Assembly: GCA_902596975.1 (NCBI GenBank)
Contig: CACJWS010000003.1
Span: forward strand, 37,914-101,913
Source: an uncultured Pelagibacteraceae bacterium
GTDB lineage: Bacteria > Pseudomonadota > Alphaproteobacteria > Pelagibacterales > Pelagibacteraceae
Direction: 5' to 3'
DNA length: 64,000 nucleotides
Shown here: piece after piece, positions 36,909-46,314 of the stretch
Position numbering within the stretch: position 1 is the stretch's first letter
Layout: every line of letters starts with the position of its first letter
The notes under the pieces: generated by a model
The model's input: the letters and a program-made list of their open reading frames with translations, nothing else
Database searches by the model: none
What the model was told of the DNA's origin: nothing
Translations under genes and position numbers: made by a program

Positions 36909-37557
36909 AGATTTTTTTTGATAATTTATTAACCTTTAGATGGTTCCCATCAAATCCGTATTGAGTGTGATATTTTCCAGGAAATGCAACACATTTTATA
37001 TCTGCACTTAAAGCAGAATTTAAACTTTCTTCTGTATCTTCAATTGCCACACATTCGTCTGAGTTAATATTCAAGTATTTTAAAGCATAATTATAAATAT
37101 CGGGATATGGTTTTTCTCTTAATATGAATTCATTATTGCCGATAAAATCAAAATCTTTTTTTTCAATTCTTCCTCTTAACGAGTTAAAAATAGAATTGAT
37201 ATTGTTACTCGTTGTTGAGCTAGCAAGCCCAATTTTTATTTTGTTCTTTTTGCAAAATTGAATTATTTCTTTTACACCGTCTCTAGGCTCAACTTTGTGT
37301 TTGTTTAAATATTCATTAAAAATTTTGGTTTTTAAATTTCTTATTTTTTTTCCGTCTATTTCAACACTAGTATCTTTTGCGTAATCATTGATTCTCGTAG
37401 TTCCACCTGATTTTGACAGTAGTTTTCTGTATATATCTTCATCCCAAAACCAGTCTAATCCACTTATTTTAAAAGCTTCATTAAATGCATCTCTTTGAAG
37501 ATCTGATGTCTCAGCTAAAGTTCCAATAGAACCAAATAAAACAGCTTTGTAACTCAT
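36898..37557 (-). CDS. HAD-superfamily (CbbY/beta-PGM-like) protein with a degenerate motif I
   Basis: Start at 37557 (TAATG overlap with the upstream permease stop). Motif II LASSTT, motif III K in REKPYPD, motif IV AIEDTEES. Motif I reads LFGSIGT instead of hhhDxDGT. Confidence 0.7.
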   Translation of the reverse strand: MSYKAVLFGSIGTLAETSDLQRDAFNEAFKISGLDWFWDEDIYRKLLSKSGGTTRINDYAKDTSVEIDGKKIRNLKTKIFNEYLNKHKVEPRDGVKEIIQFCKKNKIKIGLASSTTSNNINSIFNSLRGRIEKKDFDFIGNNEFILREKPYPDIYNYALKYLNINSDECVAIEDTEESLNSALSADIKCVAFPGKYHTQYGFDGNHLKVNKLSKKIFNK

Positions 37558-38438
37558 TATCCCTTCACAGCACCAGCTGTTAATCCACTGATGACTTGTC
37601 TTTGGAAAAACATAACTAACATAAATAAAGGAGCAGTAGCTGAAACAACTGCTGAAACAGCCCACATCAAATTACCTTCATGTTGATTTGTTCCAAGATA
37701 ACTTTGAATTTTGGGTACCATAGTATGATTTTCCTGATTTAATAAAAGAGCTGTCACTGTAAAATCATTATACGCAAGCATTAAACTAAATAATCCAGCT
37801 GTTATTACTCCAGGCCACATAACTGGCATAATGATATGTCTAAATGCTTGAAAATAAGAACAGCCATCAATTAAAGCACTTTCATCAAGTTCTTTAGGAA
37901 CAGTTTTAAAAAATGAATACAATAACCACAAAGTAAATGGTTGATTTATTGCAACAAGGACAACGATGGTCGTCGGTAGTATTCCCCAAATTTGTAATTG
38001 AAAAAACGGAAATAAATAACCAGAGACTAATGTAATATGAGGCATTGCTCTAAAAATTAATGCTGCAATTAAAATCCAAAATGCATAATTTCTTGTAGAT
38101 CTAGATAAAGCATAAGCTCCTAAAGTCCCGAGGAACAGAGAAATGGTTACAACAAAAAATGTAACTATAACTGTATTCCTTGATGCCTTCCAAAACTCTC
38201 CTTCAGTCCAAGCTTGACTATAAGCATCTGTTGTAAACTTTCCTCCAGTTTCTAACAATGTATTGAATGCTGTGATAGCGTACCACCAGTCAGCTCTTGA
38301 AAAAAAGTCAGCTCTTACCTTAAATGACCCCCAGAAAGTCCAAATAAAAGGAAAGCATGCAACCAAAAGCCAAACTATTATAAAGGTTGTATTAAAAATT
38401 TTTAAAGCATTTGATCTTTTATCAAGTCCGTATTCCAT
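37557..38438 (-). CDS. Carbohydrate-type ABC transporter permease (MalG/UgpE-like)
   Basis: Six-TM permease with EAA loop ESALIDGCSYFQAFRHIIMP. Confidence 0.9.
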   Translation of the reverse strand: MEYGLDKRSNALKIFNTTFIIVWLLVACFPFIWTFWGSFKVRADFFSRADWWYAITAFNTLLETGGKFTTDAYSQAWTEGEFWKASRNTVIVTFFVVTISLFLGTLGAYALSRSTRNYAFWILIAALIFRAMPHITLVSGYLFPFFQLQIWGILPTTIVVLVAINQPFTLWLLYSFFKTVPKELDESALIDGCSYFQAFRHIIMPVMWPGVITAGLFSLMLAYNDFTVTALLLNQENHTMVPKIQSYLGTNQHEGNLMWAVSAVVSATAPLFMLVMFFQRQVISGLTAGAVKG

Positions 38439-39467
38439 TTATCTCGCTGTCCTAAATTCCTTCCATGTTCTTATTAAAACTGGTGCTAAAAGTATGGCTA
38501 TCCCAACAATCGTCATCATCGAGGTGGCTGCGGCCGAACCAAATAATATTACTTCCTCATTAACGAGGTTATCATAAATTAACCAAGATAAAGATTGAGC
38601 ACTTCCTTCAGCACTGAAACCAATTATAGGCTCAAAAACTCTAAAATTATCCATCAATGAAATAAGAGCAACAAATGTAACTACAGGATAAATATGAGGC
38701 AAAACAATATGTCTTACTCTCTGCCATCTTGATGCTCCATCAATAATAGCTGCTTCAACAGGTTCTTGAGGAACAGTTTGTAAAGCTGCATAAAATACTA
38801 CAAAAGCAAATGGTGAATGGTGCCAAATTCCATAAATTATTATAGTTATCCAAGTAAGAGTTTTTGAGGATTTTAACGATAAATAAGGGTCATCCATTAA
38901 CATCTGCAAATTTGCACCAATAATTCCTTCTGCATCTATCATCCAAAATAAAACTAAAGAACCTACCAATGGGGTAACAATCATCGGCAATATGGTTCCA
39001 AATATTAATGGTCCTCTAATTCTTCTAGTTACTGCATTAAGACTTAAAGCAATTATAAAACCTAAAAGTAAGACGTTAGGCGTCACAAACAAGCAATAGG
39101 TTAAAGTAAAAATTAGAGCCTTGTAAAAGGGTAGGTTGGTAACTTGATCTACAAATTCCCCAAAACTATTTGTTTCATTCCAAAATTTTCCAATTTCTTC
39201 TATTGCAAGATGATTTCTATCTACATAAGTCCCAAATCCATTGAATTTTCCTAAAGGCTTTTCTTCACGAATTTTTGAAGTTTTTTCTTGGTCAACAACT
39301 ATAGAAACTGTACATCCAAAAGGATCACATTTTTTTACTTCCTTAACAACTTGGTCGTGCTGCGCATAAAATGATTGTATCCCTGTTGAAATAATAGGAA
39401 GACCTATAAATAAAATCATTGCCAATCCAGTTGGCAAGAAAAACCAAAAAAAAGTTTTGTTAGGCAT
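38439..39467 (-). CDS. Carbohydrate-type ABC transporter permease (MalF/UgpA-like) with enlarged first periplasmic loop
   Basis: EAA loop EAAIIDGASRWQRVRHIVLP. Zero-nt spacer to the next permease. Confidence 0.9.
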   Translation of the reverse strand: MPNKTFFWFFLPTGLAMILFIGLPIISTGIQSFYAQHDQVVKEVKKCDPFGCTVSIVVDQEKTSKIREEKPLGKFNGFGTYVDRNHLAIEEIGKFWNETNSFGEFVDQVTNLPFYKALIFTLTYCLFVTPNVLLLGFIIALSLNAVTRRIRGPLIFGTILPMIVTPLVGSLVLFWMIDAEGIIGANLQMLMDDPYLSLKSSKTLTWITIIIYGIWHHSPFAFVVFYAALQTVPQEPVEAAIIDGASRWQRVRHIVLPHIYPVVTFVALISLMDNFRVFEPIIGFSAEGSAQSLSWLIYDNLVNEEVILFGSAAATSMMTIVGIAILLAPVLIRTWKEFRTAR

Positions 39468-39476
39468 TAATGTAAT

Positions 39477-39500
39477 AAGTGGGGATTTTCATCCCCACTT
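39477..39500 (-). terminator. Perfect 9-bp stem-loop between the SBP gene and the first permease gene (attenuator/stabiliser, no U-tract)
   Basis: Plus strand reads aagtgggga-ttttca-tccccactt. It sits 12 nt after the SBP stop and 9 nt before the permease ATG. Confidence 0.5.
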
Positions 39501-39512
39501 AAAATTTATTGA

Positions 39513-40733
39513 TTATAGAAAGCCTTGTTCTTTTGCTTTACTCATGTAAGCTGCTTCCACATCTTTTAAAGCTTGTTCTGCTGACTCTTTACCTTGTAAA
39601 AATTCAACAATCTCACTTCCTAATGCACCATGCATTAAACCCATTTGTGGTAACATTGGATATGGTTTAGCTTTCATTTTAACAGCTTCGATAACTCCAA
39701 TTGATTTTGGTCCAGGCTTAAAACCTTCAATTAACCAAACAGCTTGATCCGCTGCATCTGCAACCATCTTTTTGTTAGCAGCTGCGTGTGCCAAAGCTCT
39801 AAATGTTGCTTCAGCATCAGCGTCAGATCTATTTTTTGCTAACGTGAAACCATCCCACCATAAAGTCGCTGCTGGTATGTTTCCTCCAGCAACCGTTGCT
39901 GGTCCAGTTAATTTAGTTGCAGCTGTAATTTTTGCATCACCATCATCATCAAGCAATGTTCCTGATCTTGATGCCCAAAGAGTCATTAATGCAACATTTC
40001 CAGATTCCCATTCAACTTTAATAGCTTCACTATCGTGAGTTAAATAATCTGGGTTACTTAAACCTGCCAATTTTTTTAGCATATTTAATGTTGCCACACC
40101 TTTTGCATTGTTAATGCTTGGTTGAGCAGTTCCTGCTTTAAAGAATTCTCCTCCATGTCCAATGTACATGTTAACGAATTCTTCTGCTAAATTCCAACCA
40201 GCTTTGTATGCTGCTGCGTAAGGATATTGCATTTTACCAGATGCTCTTATTTTTTCTGATGCCGCAACAACTTCCTCATATGTTTTAGGAACAGCTATAC
40301 CCAATTCTTTTAAAACATCTTCCCTGTAATATAAGTGCTGAGTATTTGCCATAAAAGCAACTGCCATTATTTTTCCATCAATTGTTATCAATTGAGAGTC
40401 TTGTATTCCTTTTCCATATTTCTTAACAAGATCATCAAGTGGTCTAATTAAGTCTTGGTTCATCAAAGGAACTATAGAGCTATTTGCTGCAATTCTTGCA
40501 GAAAACTCTGATGGATTTGCAGTTAGAGCTGGCACAGCAATTTTATTGTGCTCAGATGAGTGTGTGACTTTAAAATCCGCACTTCCTTTACATCCTTTAG
40601 CTGTTTCCACGAAAGTTCTTAAAGCTGGAAAATCATTAGCTAAAATATTTATTGATCCACTCTTAATGTTACAATCTGCGTAAGCAGAAGTTCCAAAAAG
40701 AAGAAACAATAAAGATATTAATATTTTTTTCAT
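39513..40733 (-). CDS. ABC transporter substrate-binding protein, family 1 (sugar/polyol/glycerophosphodiester type), secreted
   Basis: Start at 40733 (GAGGGA RBS 7 nt upstream). Signal peptide MKKILISLLFLLFGTSAYA. Ala-rich 406 aa SBP. Confidence 0.85.
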   Translation of the reverse strand: MKKILISLLFLLFGTSAYADCNIKSGSINILANDFPALRTFVETAKGCKGSADFKVTHSSEHNKIAVPALTANPSEFSARIAANSSIVPLMNQDLIRPLDDLVKKYGKGIQDSQLITIDGKIMAVAFMANTQHLYYREDVLKELGIAVPKTYEEVVAASEKIRASGKMQYPYAAAYKAGWNLAEEFVNMYIGHGGEFFKAGTAQPSINNAKGVATLNMLKKLAGLSNPDYLTHDSEAIKVEWESGNVALMTLWASRSGTLLDDDGDAKITAATKLTGPATVAGGNIPAATLWWDGFTLAKNRSDADAEATFRALAHAAANKKMVADAADQAVWLIEGFKPGPKSIGVIEAVKMKAKPYPMLPQMGLMHGALGSEIVEFLQGKESAEQALKDVEAAYMSKAKEQGFL

Positions 40734-40806
40734 ATTTGTTTCCCTCATTAAATTTAAATTTATGGGTGAAAGGATATATATTCCTTAGGGAATTTAAAAG
40801 TAGTTT

Positions 40807-41934
40807 TTAAATCGCATTTGACGCAAGCTCTGCACCTGCGACCAAAGATTCAAATTTCTTGTAAACAATATTTTCATCAACATTTCCAAAGCCCGCAAAA
40901 GTACTAAATCCACAATCACTTCCAGCCATCAATTGATCTTTATCAATTACTTTTGAATACTGAATTATTCTATTTTTTACTAACTCTTCATGCTCTATGA
41001 AGTTTGAGGTTGAGTCTATTACACCAGGAACTATTACTTTGTCATTAGGAAGTTTAATATTCTCAAAAACCTGCCATTCATGAGCATGTCTTGGGTTCGA
41101 GGCTTCAATTAAATAAGTTTGGATATTTGCTTTTAAAGCAATAGGTAATATTTTTTCTAATCCAATATCGTGAATATGTGGTCCTTCATAATTTCCCCAG
41201 CAGATATGCATTCTCAACTTAGAGGCATCGATATCTTTGATTGCTTCATTAAGACATTCGATTTGTTTTTCAGCTCTTACTAAAAATTCTTCATCTGATA
41301 CATTTTTAAAAGTCATATGTCTTGCAAGTGCAAGATCTGGGCAATCAATTTGCAATAATAAATCATTTTTTGTTATTTCATCGTATTCAGTTTTCATCAT
41401 TTTTGATAATTCCTCTAAATACTTATCGTCATTTTTATAGAATTTGTTTGGAAGGAAATTTGAAATTACTCCTGGTGATGCAGAGTTTATAAATCCTTGA
41501 GAATGGTTATTTTTTTTTAATGCAGATTTTAAATTACTGATATCTTTAGTAAGAGACTTAGTATCTTTGATTTTTAAATCAGCAGTACAACATGGTCTTG
41601 TATAAGTAGGTGTGCCTCCTGATTTTGCAATTTTTTCTTTATATGATGGAAAATCATCTAAGTCTTTAGGAGCTCTTCTCTCGCTTTGACCACTAAAGCC
41701 ATGTAATCGATCCTTGACGTAGGTAGCGTAACTTATTTTTGACATTTCACCATCACTTATAATGTCAATTCCGATATCAATTTGTTTTTTTACAATTCTG
41801 TTTACGTCTTCTTCAATTATCTTATCAAGTTCTCCTTGATCAAATAATTCATTTTTATCTTTTTTAAAAAGTATCTCAGATAGCTTTTTTGATCTTGGTA
41901 GACTTCCAACATGTGTGGTTTTAATTTTATACAT
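40807..41934 (-). CDS. Cobalamin-independent methionine synthase-like (MetE C-terminal-domain-only, UROD/MetE superfamily) zinc enzyme
   Basis: TTHVGSLPRS N-terminus. Zn-ligand motifs MHICWGN and AGSDCGF. About 375 aa, so it lacks the N-terminal folate-side barrel of full-length MetE. Confidence 0.75.
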   Translation of the reverse strand: MYKIKTTHVGSLPRSKKLSEILFKKDKNELFDQGELDKIIEEDVNRIVKKQIDIGIDIISDGEMSKISYATYVKDRLHGFSGQSERRAPKDLDDFPSYKEKIAKSGGTPTYTRPCCTADLKIKDTKSLTKDISNLKSALKKNNHSQGFINSASPGVISNFLPNKFYKNDDKYLEELSKMMKTEYDEITKNDLLLQIDCPDLALARHMTFKNVSDEEFLVRAEKQIECLNEAIKDIDASKLRMHICWGNYEGPHIHDIGLEKILPIALKANIQTYLIEASNPRHAHEWQVFENIKLPNDKVIVPGVIDSTSNFIEHEELVKNRIIQYSKVIDKDQLMAGSDCGFSTFAGFGNVDENIVYKKFESLVAGAELASNAI

Positions 41935-41939
41935 AGTTT

Positions 41940-42899
41940 TTACATTAATATTTGTTTCCAAATAGCCACTTCATCAAACAATACCCATTCTCTTATTATT
42001 TTATCATCTCTTAATTCTGCATGATTTATACCCATTATAAATAAATCTTTGTCAGTCTTTTTCCCAAATTCTTCACTGTCTTTAGAGTGCTTACCACTTA
42101 AAAACCATCTGATGGTAGCTTTTTGATTGTTATTTTTTTCATCCAATGATGCAACATGTTCGATTGTAAACTTTATTTCAGAAAATATATTTTTTAAAGA
42201 GCTCCAATATTTAATTATATCTTCACTGCCATTTCCAACTTTATTACTTGGCCAAAATAGACTGGCTGCTCTATCATAATCTTCAAAATCATAATCATTA
42301 TTAAATATTTTCTTTAAAATATTGGAATATATATAACCTGATGAAACTTCATTAACTTTTACTGGAGTATAATCTGACTTTTTATCAGAAGATCTATTAA
42401 AAACTTTGATAGCTTTAGATACACCACCTTCTTTATCAATTAAATGCCTTGCAAATTGTTCAGGTGTATAACCTAGCTGTCGAACCATTGCACCTTGATC
42501 TCTCACAATCCACTCATCATAAACCTGATTATTTTTACATGCACAGTCAGCTATAACTCTATAAACAATTTTGTTTCCTGTTTTTTTTCCGTAATACCCG
42601 TCATTTAAATGTGTAGCTTTGCTCAGAATTCTGTGAGATGAATGATATCCCTCATCGTCATTTCCACTCCAAATTACATCTTCACCTAGTAATTGTCTGT
42701 CTGGAAATTCGTCTAAAGTTTTATAAGTTGCATCAATAACAGGTTTAAAACCATAGGTTATTCCAAAGGGTGATCTTACGGGGATATTCTCTGAATAGTA
42801 TTTGGATATCGACTCGACATCTTTCCTTTCCCAAATTTGTTTTGTAATTTTTAAAATGTAATCAGTTAAATTTTTATAATTACTTTCAAATCCTTTCAT
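41940..42899 (-). CDS. Tandem SnoaL-like (ester-cyclase/NTF2-fold) two-domain protein
   Basis: 319 aa. N-half shows IWERKDVESISKYYSENIPV...LDEFPD; C-half shows a second NTF2-like pattern (KIIREWVLFD). Confidence 0.5.
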   Translation of the reverse strand: MKGFESNYKNLTDYILKITKQIWERKDVESISKYYSENIPVRSPFGITYGFKPVIDATYKTLDEFPDRQLLGEDVIWSGNDDEGYHSSHRILSKATHLNDGYYGKKTGNKIVYRVIADCACKNNQVYDEWIVRDQGAMVRQLGYTPEQFARHLIDKEGGVSKAIKVFNRSSDKKSDYTPVKVNEVSSGYIYSNILKKIFNNDYDFEDYDRAASLFWPSNKVGNGSEDIIKYWSSLKNIFSEIKFTIEHVASLDEKNNNQKATIRWFLSGKHSKDSEEFGKKTDKDLFIMGINHAELRDDKIIREWVLFDEVAIWKQILM

Positions 42900-43837
42900 T
42901 AGATCTGACTAACAAAATTTAAAATACTATTTTCTGAATTATTACAAGAGATATCTATTTTGCTACTCAAAGGAACTGAAAAAGTATCCCCTTTTTCTAA
43001 TTTTATATTTGAGTTTCCTATTATTATTTCCCAATTACCTTCTTGAGCAAAAAGAACGGTAGGCTTTATACATTCAATATCTTTAATTTCACCAGATATA
43101 GAATTTAGTGTTGTTAAATTAAATCCAGTATCTTGTTTGATTGAAGGTTCATAAGTTTTTTTATTAAATTTGTTTCCTAATACTTGATATAATTTAATAC
43201 CATTAATTTCATCGCTGATATTGTTTTGTTTATTTCTATAAATATTTTTCTCTAATTCTTCTGGCAAATAATTATCAAATCTTTCTAATTCATCTTTGGT
43301 GATAGGCTCTATCATTTTTCTTCCTTTAGGTACTTCAACCTTTTTTAAATCTATTAACGAATTATCATCAAGCAATGCCATACCAGTCTCTTTTGCTTTT
43401 TTTAGAATTTCTGGAACCCATGTTATTATACCAGGATCATCTCCACCTAATACAACGAACATTAAACTTTCTTTATCTCCAACATTTTCAAATGCTCTGA
43501 ACATATTTGTAGGCATTGAGATTATATCGCCAGCTTCTAATATTGTTTCTTGTTTTCCATCAGCACCCCAATAAAATCTCCATCTACCTGAGTAAATTAC
43601 AAACACCTCAGCCGTAGTATGACTGTGAAGACCAGATCCATTTTTTGGCATGGCACTCACAGCTCCTAAATTATACCCATGTAAAGACTGTATTTTTATT
43701 ATTTGTTTGGCGTCTTCAGCAACTCCACGTCCAATAATTGTATAATTTTTTCTTTCTTTATGACCTTCTAGCCTCCCTTCCACAAAAGGAAGACTGCTTG
43801 GAACCAGTTCATTAAATTTTGCCAATCTGTCAATCAT
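42899..43837 (-). CDS. Bicupin protein (N-terminal cupin with metal-ligand motif, C-terminal cupin degenerate)
   Basis: GLHSHTTAEVFVIYSG...GDIISMP in the first barrel. The second barrel (EGNWEIIIGNSNIKLEKGDTFSVP) has no His ligands. Confidence 0.6.
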   Translation of the reverse strand: MIDRLAKFNELVPSSLPFVEGRLEGHKERKNYTIIGRGVAEDAKQIIKIQSLHGYNLGAVSAMPKNGSGLHSHTTAEVFVIYSGRWRFYWGADGKQETILEAGDIISMPTNMFRAFENVGDKESLMFVVLGGDDPGIITWVPEILKKAKETGMALLDDNSLIDLKKVEVPKGRKMIEPITKDELERFDNYLPEELEKNIYRNKQNNISDEINGIKLYQVLGNKFNKKTYEPSIKQDTGFNLTTLNSISGEIKDIECIKPTVLFAQEGNWEIIIGNSNIKLEKGDTFSVPLSSKIDISCNNSENSILNFVSQI

Positions 43838-43878
43838 ATTCTTGTTATTTATGTCTATTTAAATATAAATTGCAACTT

Positions 43879-44955
43879 ATGCAAATAGAACAATTTGATA
43901 CAGGACTTAAAAATCAAAATAATTTTCAAGAATTAAAAATCACAGCTGAAGAAAATAAACAAAATAAACAAATAGTTAGAAATTATTTGAGCAACATATA
44001 CAAGCTTGGATCATCAAATATAGAAGAAAATTTGAACAAATATTTTAGCGAAGATGTAAGCATTAAATGTTTTTTTCCAATAAATGAATTTAAAGGATTG
44101 TCTAATTTTAGAGATAAATTTTGGACTCCACTATTTGATGCGTTTCCTGATTTAGAGAGAAGAGAACAAGTTGTTATAGGTGGAGCTTTTAGAGATAAAT
44201 TCCAAGTTGGGACAATATCTACCTTATCAGGAATTTTTAAAAAGAAATGGCTTAATGTAGAGCCAAATTTTAAAATGGTAAATTTAAGATGCTGTGAGAT
44301 ACACGAATTAAAAAATGATAAAATTATTGAAAGTCACATATTAATAGACACAATAAACTTTCTAAATCAAGTAGGGAAGTTTCCAATAAATCCTTCAAGA
44401 GGGTATGAGGGCATTTGGATGACACCAATAAACTCAGATGGTGTAAATTTTTACGAAAACAATTTAGATGTTTCAAAAGCCACTCTAGATCAATCTCTTA
44501 CTATGCAAAGAAGTTTAAATATTAAACCAGAATTAGAGGCATCATCTGACTCTGATTTAAAGGAAAAACTTCTTAATCACCCACAAAAAGATTTTTGGCA
44601 TGAAAAAATGATTTGGTATGGACCTAGCGGTATAGGAACAGCTCGCTCTTTGGAAGGTTTCATTGATCATCATCAACTTCCTTTTAGAAAAACATTTAAA
44701 GAAAGAAATTACTGGGAATTAGGACATTATTGTGAATTAGGAGATGGTAAATTTTCACTTACTGCTGGATGGCACAGTATACAAGCAGTCTATGATTCAA
44801 ATGATTGGCTAGGATATAATTCAAACAAAAATAAAGTAACCATGAGAGTTATGGATTTTTACCATCATGATGAGGGAAAAATTAGAGAAAATTGGGTACC
44901 GATAGATCTAGCGCATATATTAAGTCAAATCGGAATTAATATTTTTAAATCTTGA
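43879..44955 (+). CDS. Tandem SnoaL-like (ester-cyclase/NTF2-fold) two-domain protein
   Basis: NKQIVRNYLSNIY...AFPDLER in the N-half and KIRENWVPIDL at the C-terminus. ATG at 43879 preferred, because the 43819 start would overlap the divergent gene. Confidence 0.5.
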   Translation: MQIEQFDTGLKNQNNFQELKITAEENKQNKQIVRNYLSNIYKLGSSNIEENLNKYFSEDVSIKCFFPINEFKGLSNFRDKFWTPLFDAFPDLERREQVVIGGAFRDKFQVGTISTLSGIFKKKWLNVEPNFKMVNLRCCEIHELKNDKIIESHILIDTINFLNQVGKFPINPSRGYEGIWMTPINSDGVNFYENNLDVSKATLDQSLTMQRSLNIKPELEASSDSDLKEKLLNHPQKDFWHEKMIWYGPSGIGTARSLEGFIDHHQLPFRKTFKERNYWELGHYCELGDGKFSLTAGWHSIQAVYDSNDWLGYNSNKNKVTMRVMDFYHHDEGKIRENWVPIDLAHILSQIGINIFKS

Positions 44956-44968
44956 AAACTAAAGCTCT

Positions 44969-46255
44969 CTAATTTGAATAACCATATTTTCGAAGCCTCA
45001 CATCACCAGTTCTAGCATGAGCTTCCATACCTTCATATCTAGAAATTCTAGCTGCTGCAGCACCAACTTCTTTGTTAGATTCTTTATTCATCTTTTGGTA
45101 TGTAACGGTTTTAATAAATTTTCCAACGTATAAGCCTCCGGTATATTTTCCTGCACCTTTTGTTGGTAGAATATGATTTGGTCCAGAGCATTTATCTCCA
45201 TATGCAACTGTTGTTTCTTCACCTAAAAATAAAGAACCATAATTTTTAAGATTTTTTAAATACCAGTCTAAGTTTTCAGCTTGAACCTCCAAATGTTCAG
45301 GCGCATATTCATCGCTCACTTTCATCATTTCTTCTTTGGTATCACACATAATTACTTCTCCATAATCTCTCCATGCAGCATCAGCATTATTTCTGTTGTG
45401 TTCAGGTAACTCTTGAATAATTTCTGGAACTCTTTTCATTACATAATCACATAAAGACTTATCAGTAGTGTAGAGCCACGCTGGAGAGTCAGGACCATGT
45501 TCAGCCTGTCCAACTAAATCGTAAGCGATTATTTCTTTATCAGCTGTATGATCTGCAATTATGCCTATTTCGGTTGGTCCAGCAAATAAATCAATTCCAA
45601 CTTTTCCAAATAAAATCCTTTTAGACTCTGCTACAAATTTATTTCCAGGTCCAACAATCATATCTACTTCTGGATTACCAAAGCAACCATAAGCAAGCGC
45701 ACCAATTGCCCCTATACCACCAATGTTCATAATTACATCTGCACCACAAAGATTAGCTGTATAAATTATAATTGGGTTAGCACCATTCGAATCTTTCGGT
45801 GGACTTGTTGCAATTACATTCTTTACTCCAGCGACTTTTGCAGTTGTCACACTCATTATAGCAGAGGCGATATTATTATATCTTCCACCAGGAACGTAAC
45901 ACCCAACAGTATTTACAGGTATTAATTTTTGTCCTGCTATTAAACCAGGCGATAATTCAACTTCTGAGTCTTTTCCGAGATTTTCTAGTTGATGTTCTGC
46001 AAACTTTCTTACTCTTTCATGAGAGAACTGAATATCATCTTTAATCTTTTGATCTAAAGTTTTATTTATATCCTCAATTTTTTCTTTGCTAACAATTATA
46101 TCACCTTCATAATTATCAAATTTTTTTAAAATATCTTTAACCCCTTGGTCCTTTGTTTTTTCTAAATCTTTTAAAATTGAACTTACTTTAGTTCTTGTTT
46201 CATCTTCACCTGTAAATGCAGTTTTTTCAGCTTTTTTTATATAAGTAATTGCCAT
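44969..46255 (-). CDS. Histidinol dehydrogenase family NAD-dependent 4-electron alcohol dehydrogenase (HisD paralogue; HpsN-like candidate)
   Basis: GQAEHGPDS, YAPEHLEV, GDKCSGPNHILPT. No other his genes adjacent. Confidence 0.8.
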   Translation of the reverse strand: MAITYIKKAEKTAFTGEDETRTKVSSILKDLEKTKDQGVKDILKKFDNYEGDIIVSKEKIEDINKTLDQKIKDDIQFSHERVRKFAEHQLENLGKDSEVELSPGLIAGQKLIPVNTVGCYVPGGRYNNIASAIMSVTTAKVAGVKNVIATSPPKDSNGANPIIIYTANLCGADVIMNIGGIGAIGALAYGCFGNPEVDMIVGPGNKFVAESKRILFGKVGIDLFAGPTEIGIIADHTADKEIIAYDLVGQAEHGPDSPAWLYTTDKSLCDYVMKRVPEIIQELPEHNRNNADAAWRDYGEVIMCDTKEEMMKVSDEYAPEHLEVQAENLDWYLKNLKNYGSLFLGEETTVAYGDKCSGPNHILPTKGAGKYTGGLYVGKFIKTVTYQKMNKESNKEVGAAAARISRYEGMEAHARTGDVRLRKYGYSN

Positions 46256-46314
46256 TATCTTTCCTCTAATTTTATAAATGTTTAAATTATAAAAGATGTT
46301 TATTCAACAGAAGT

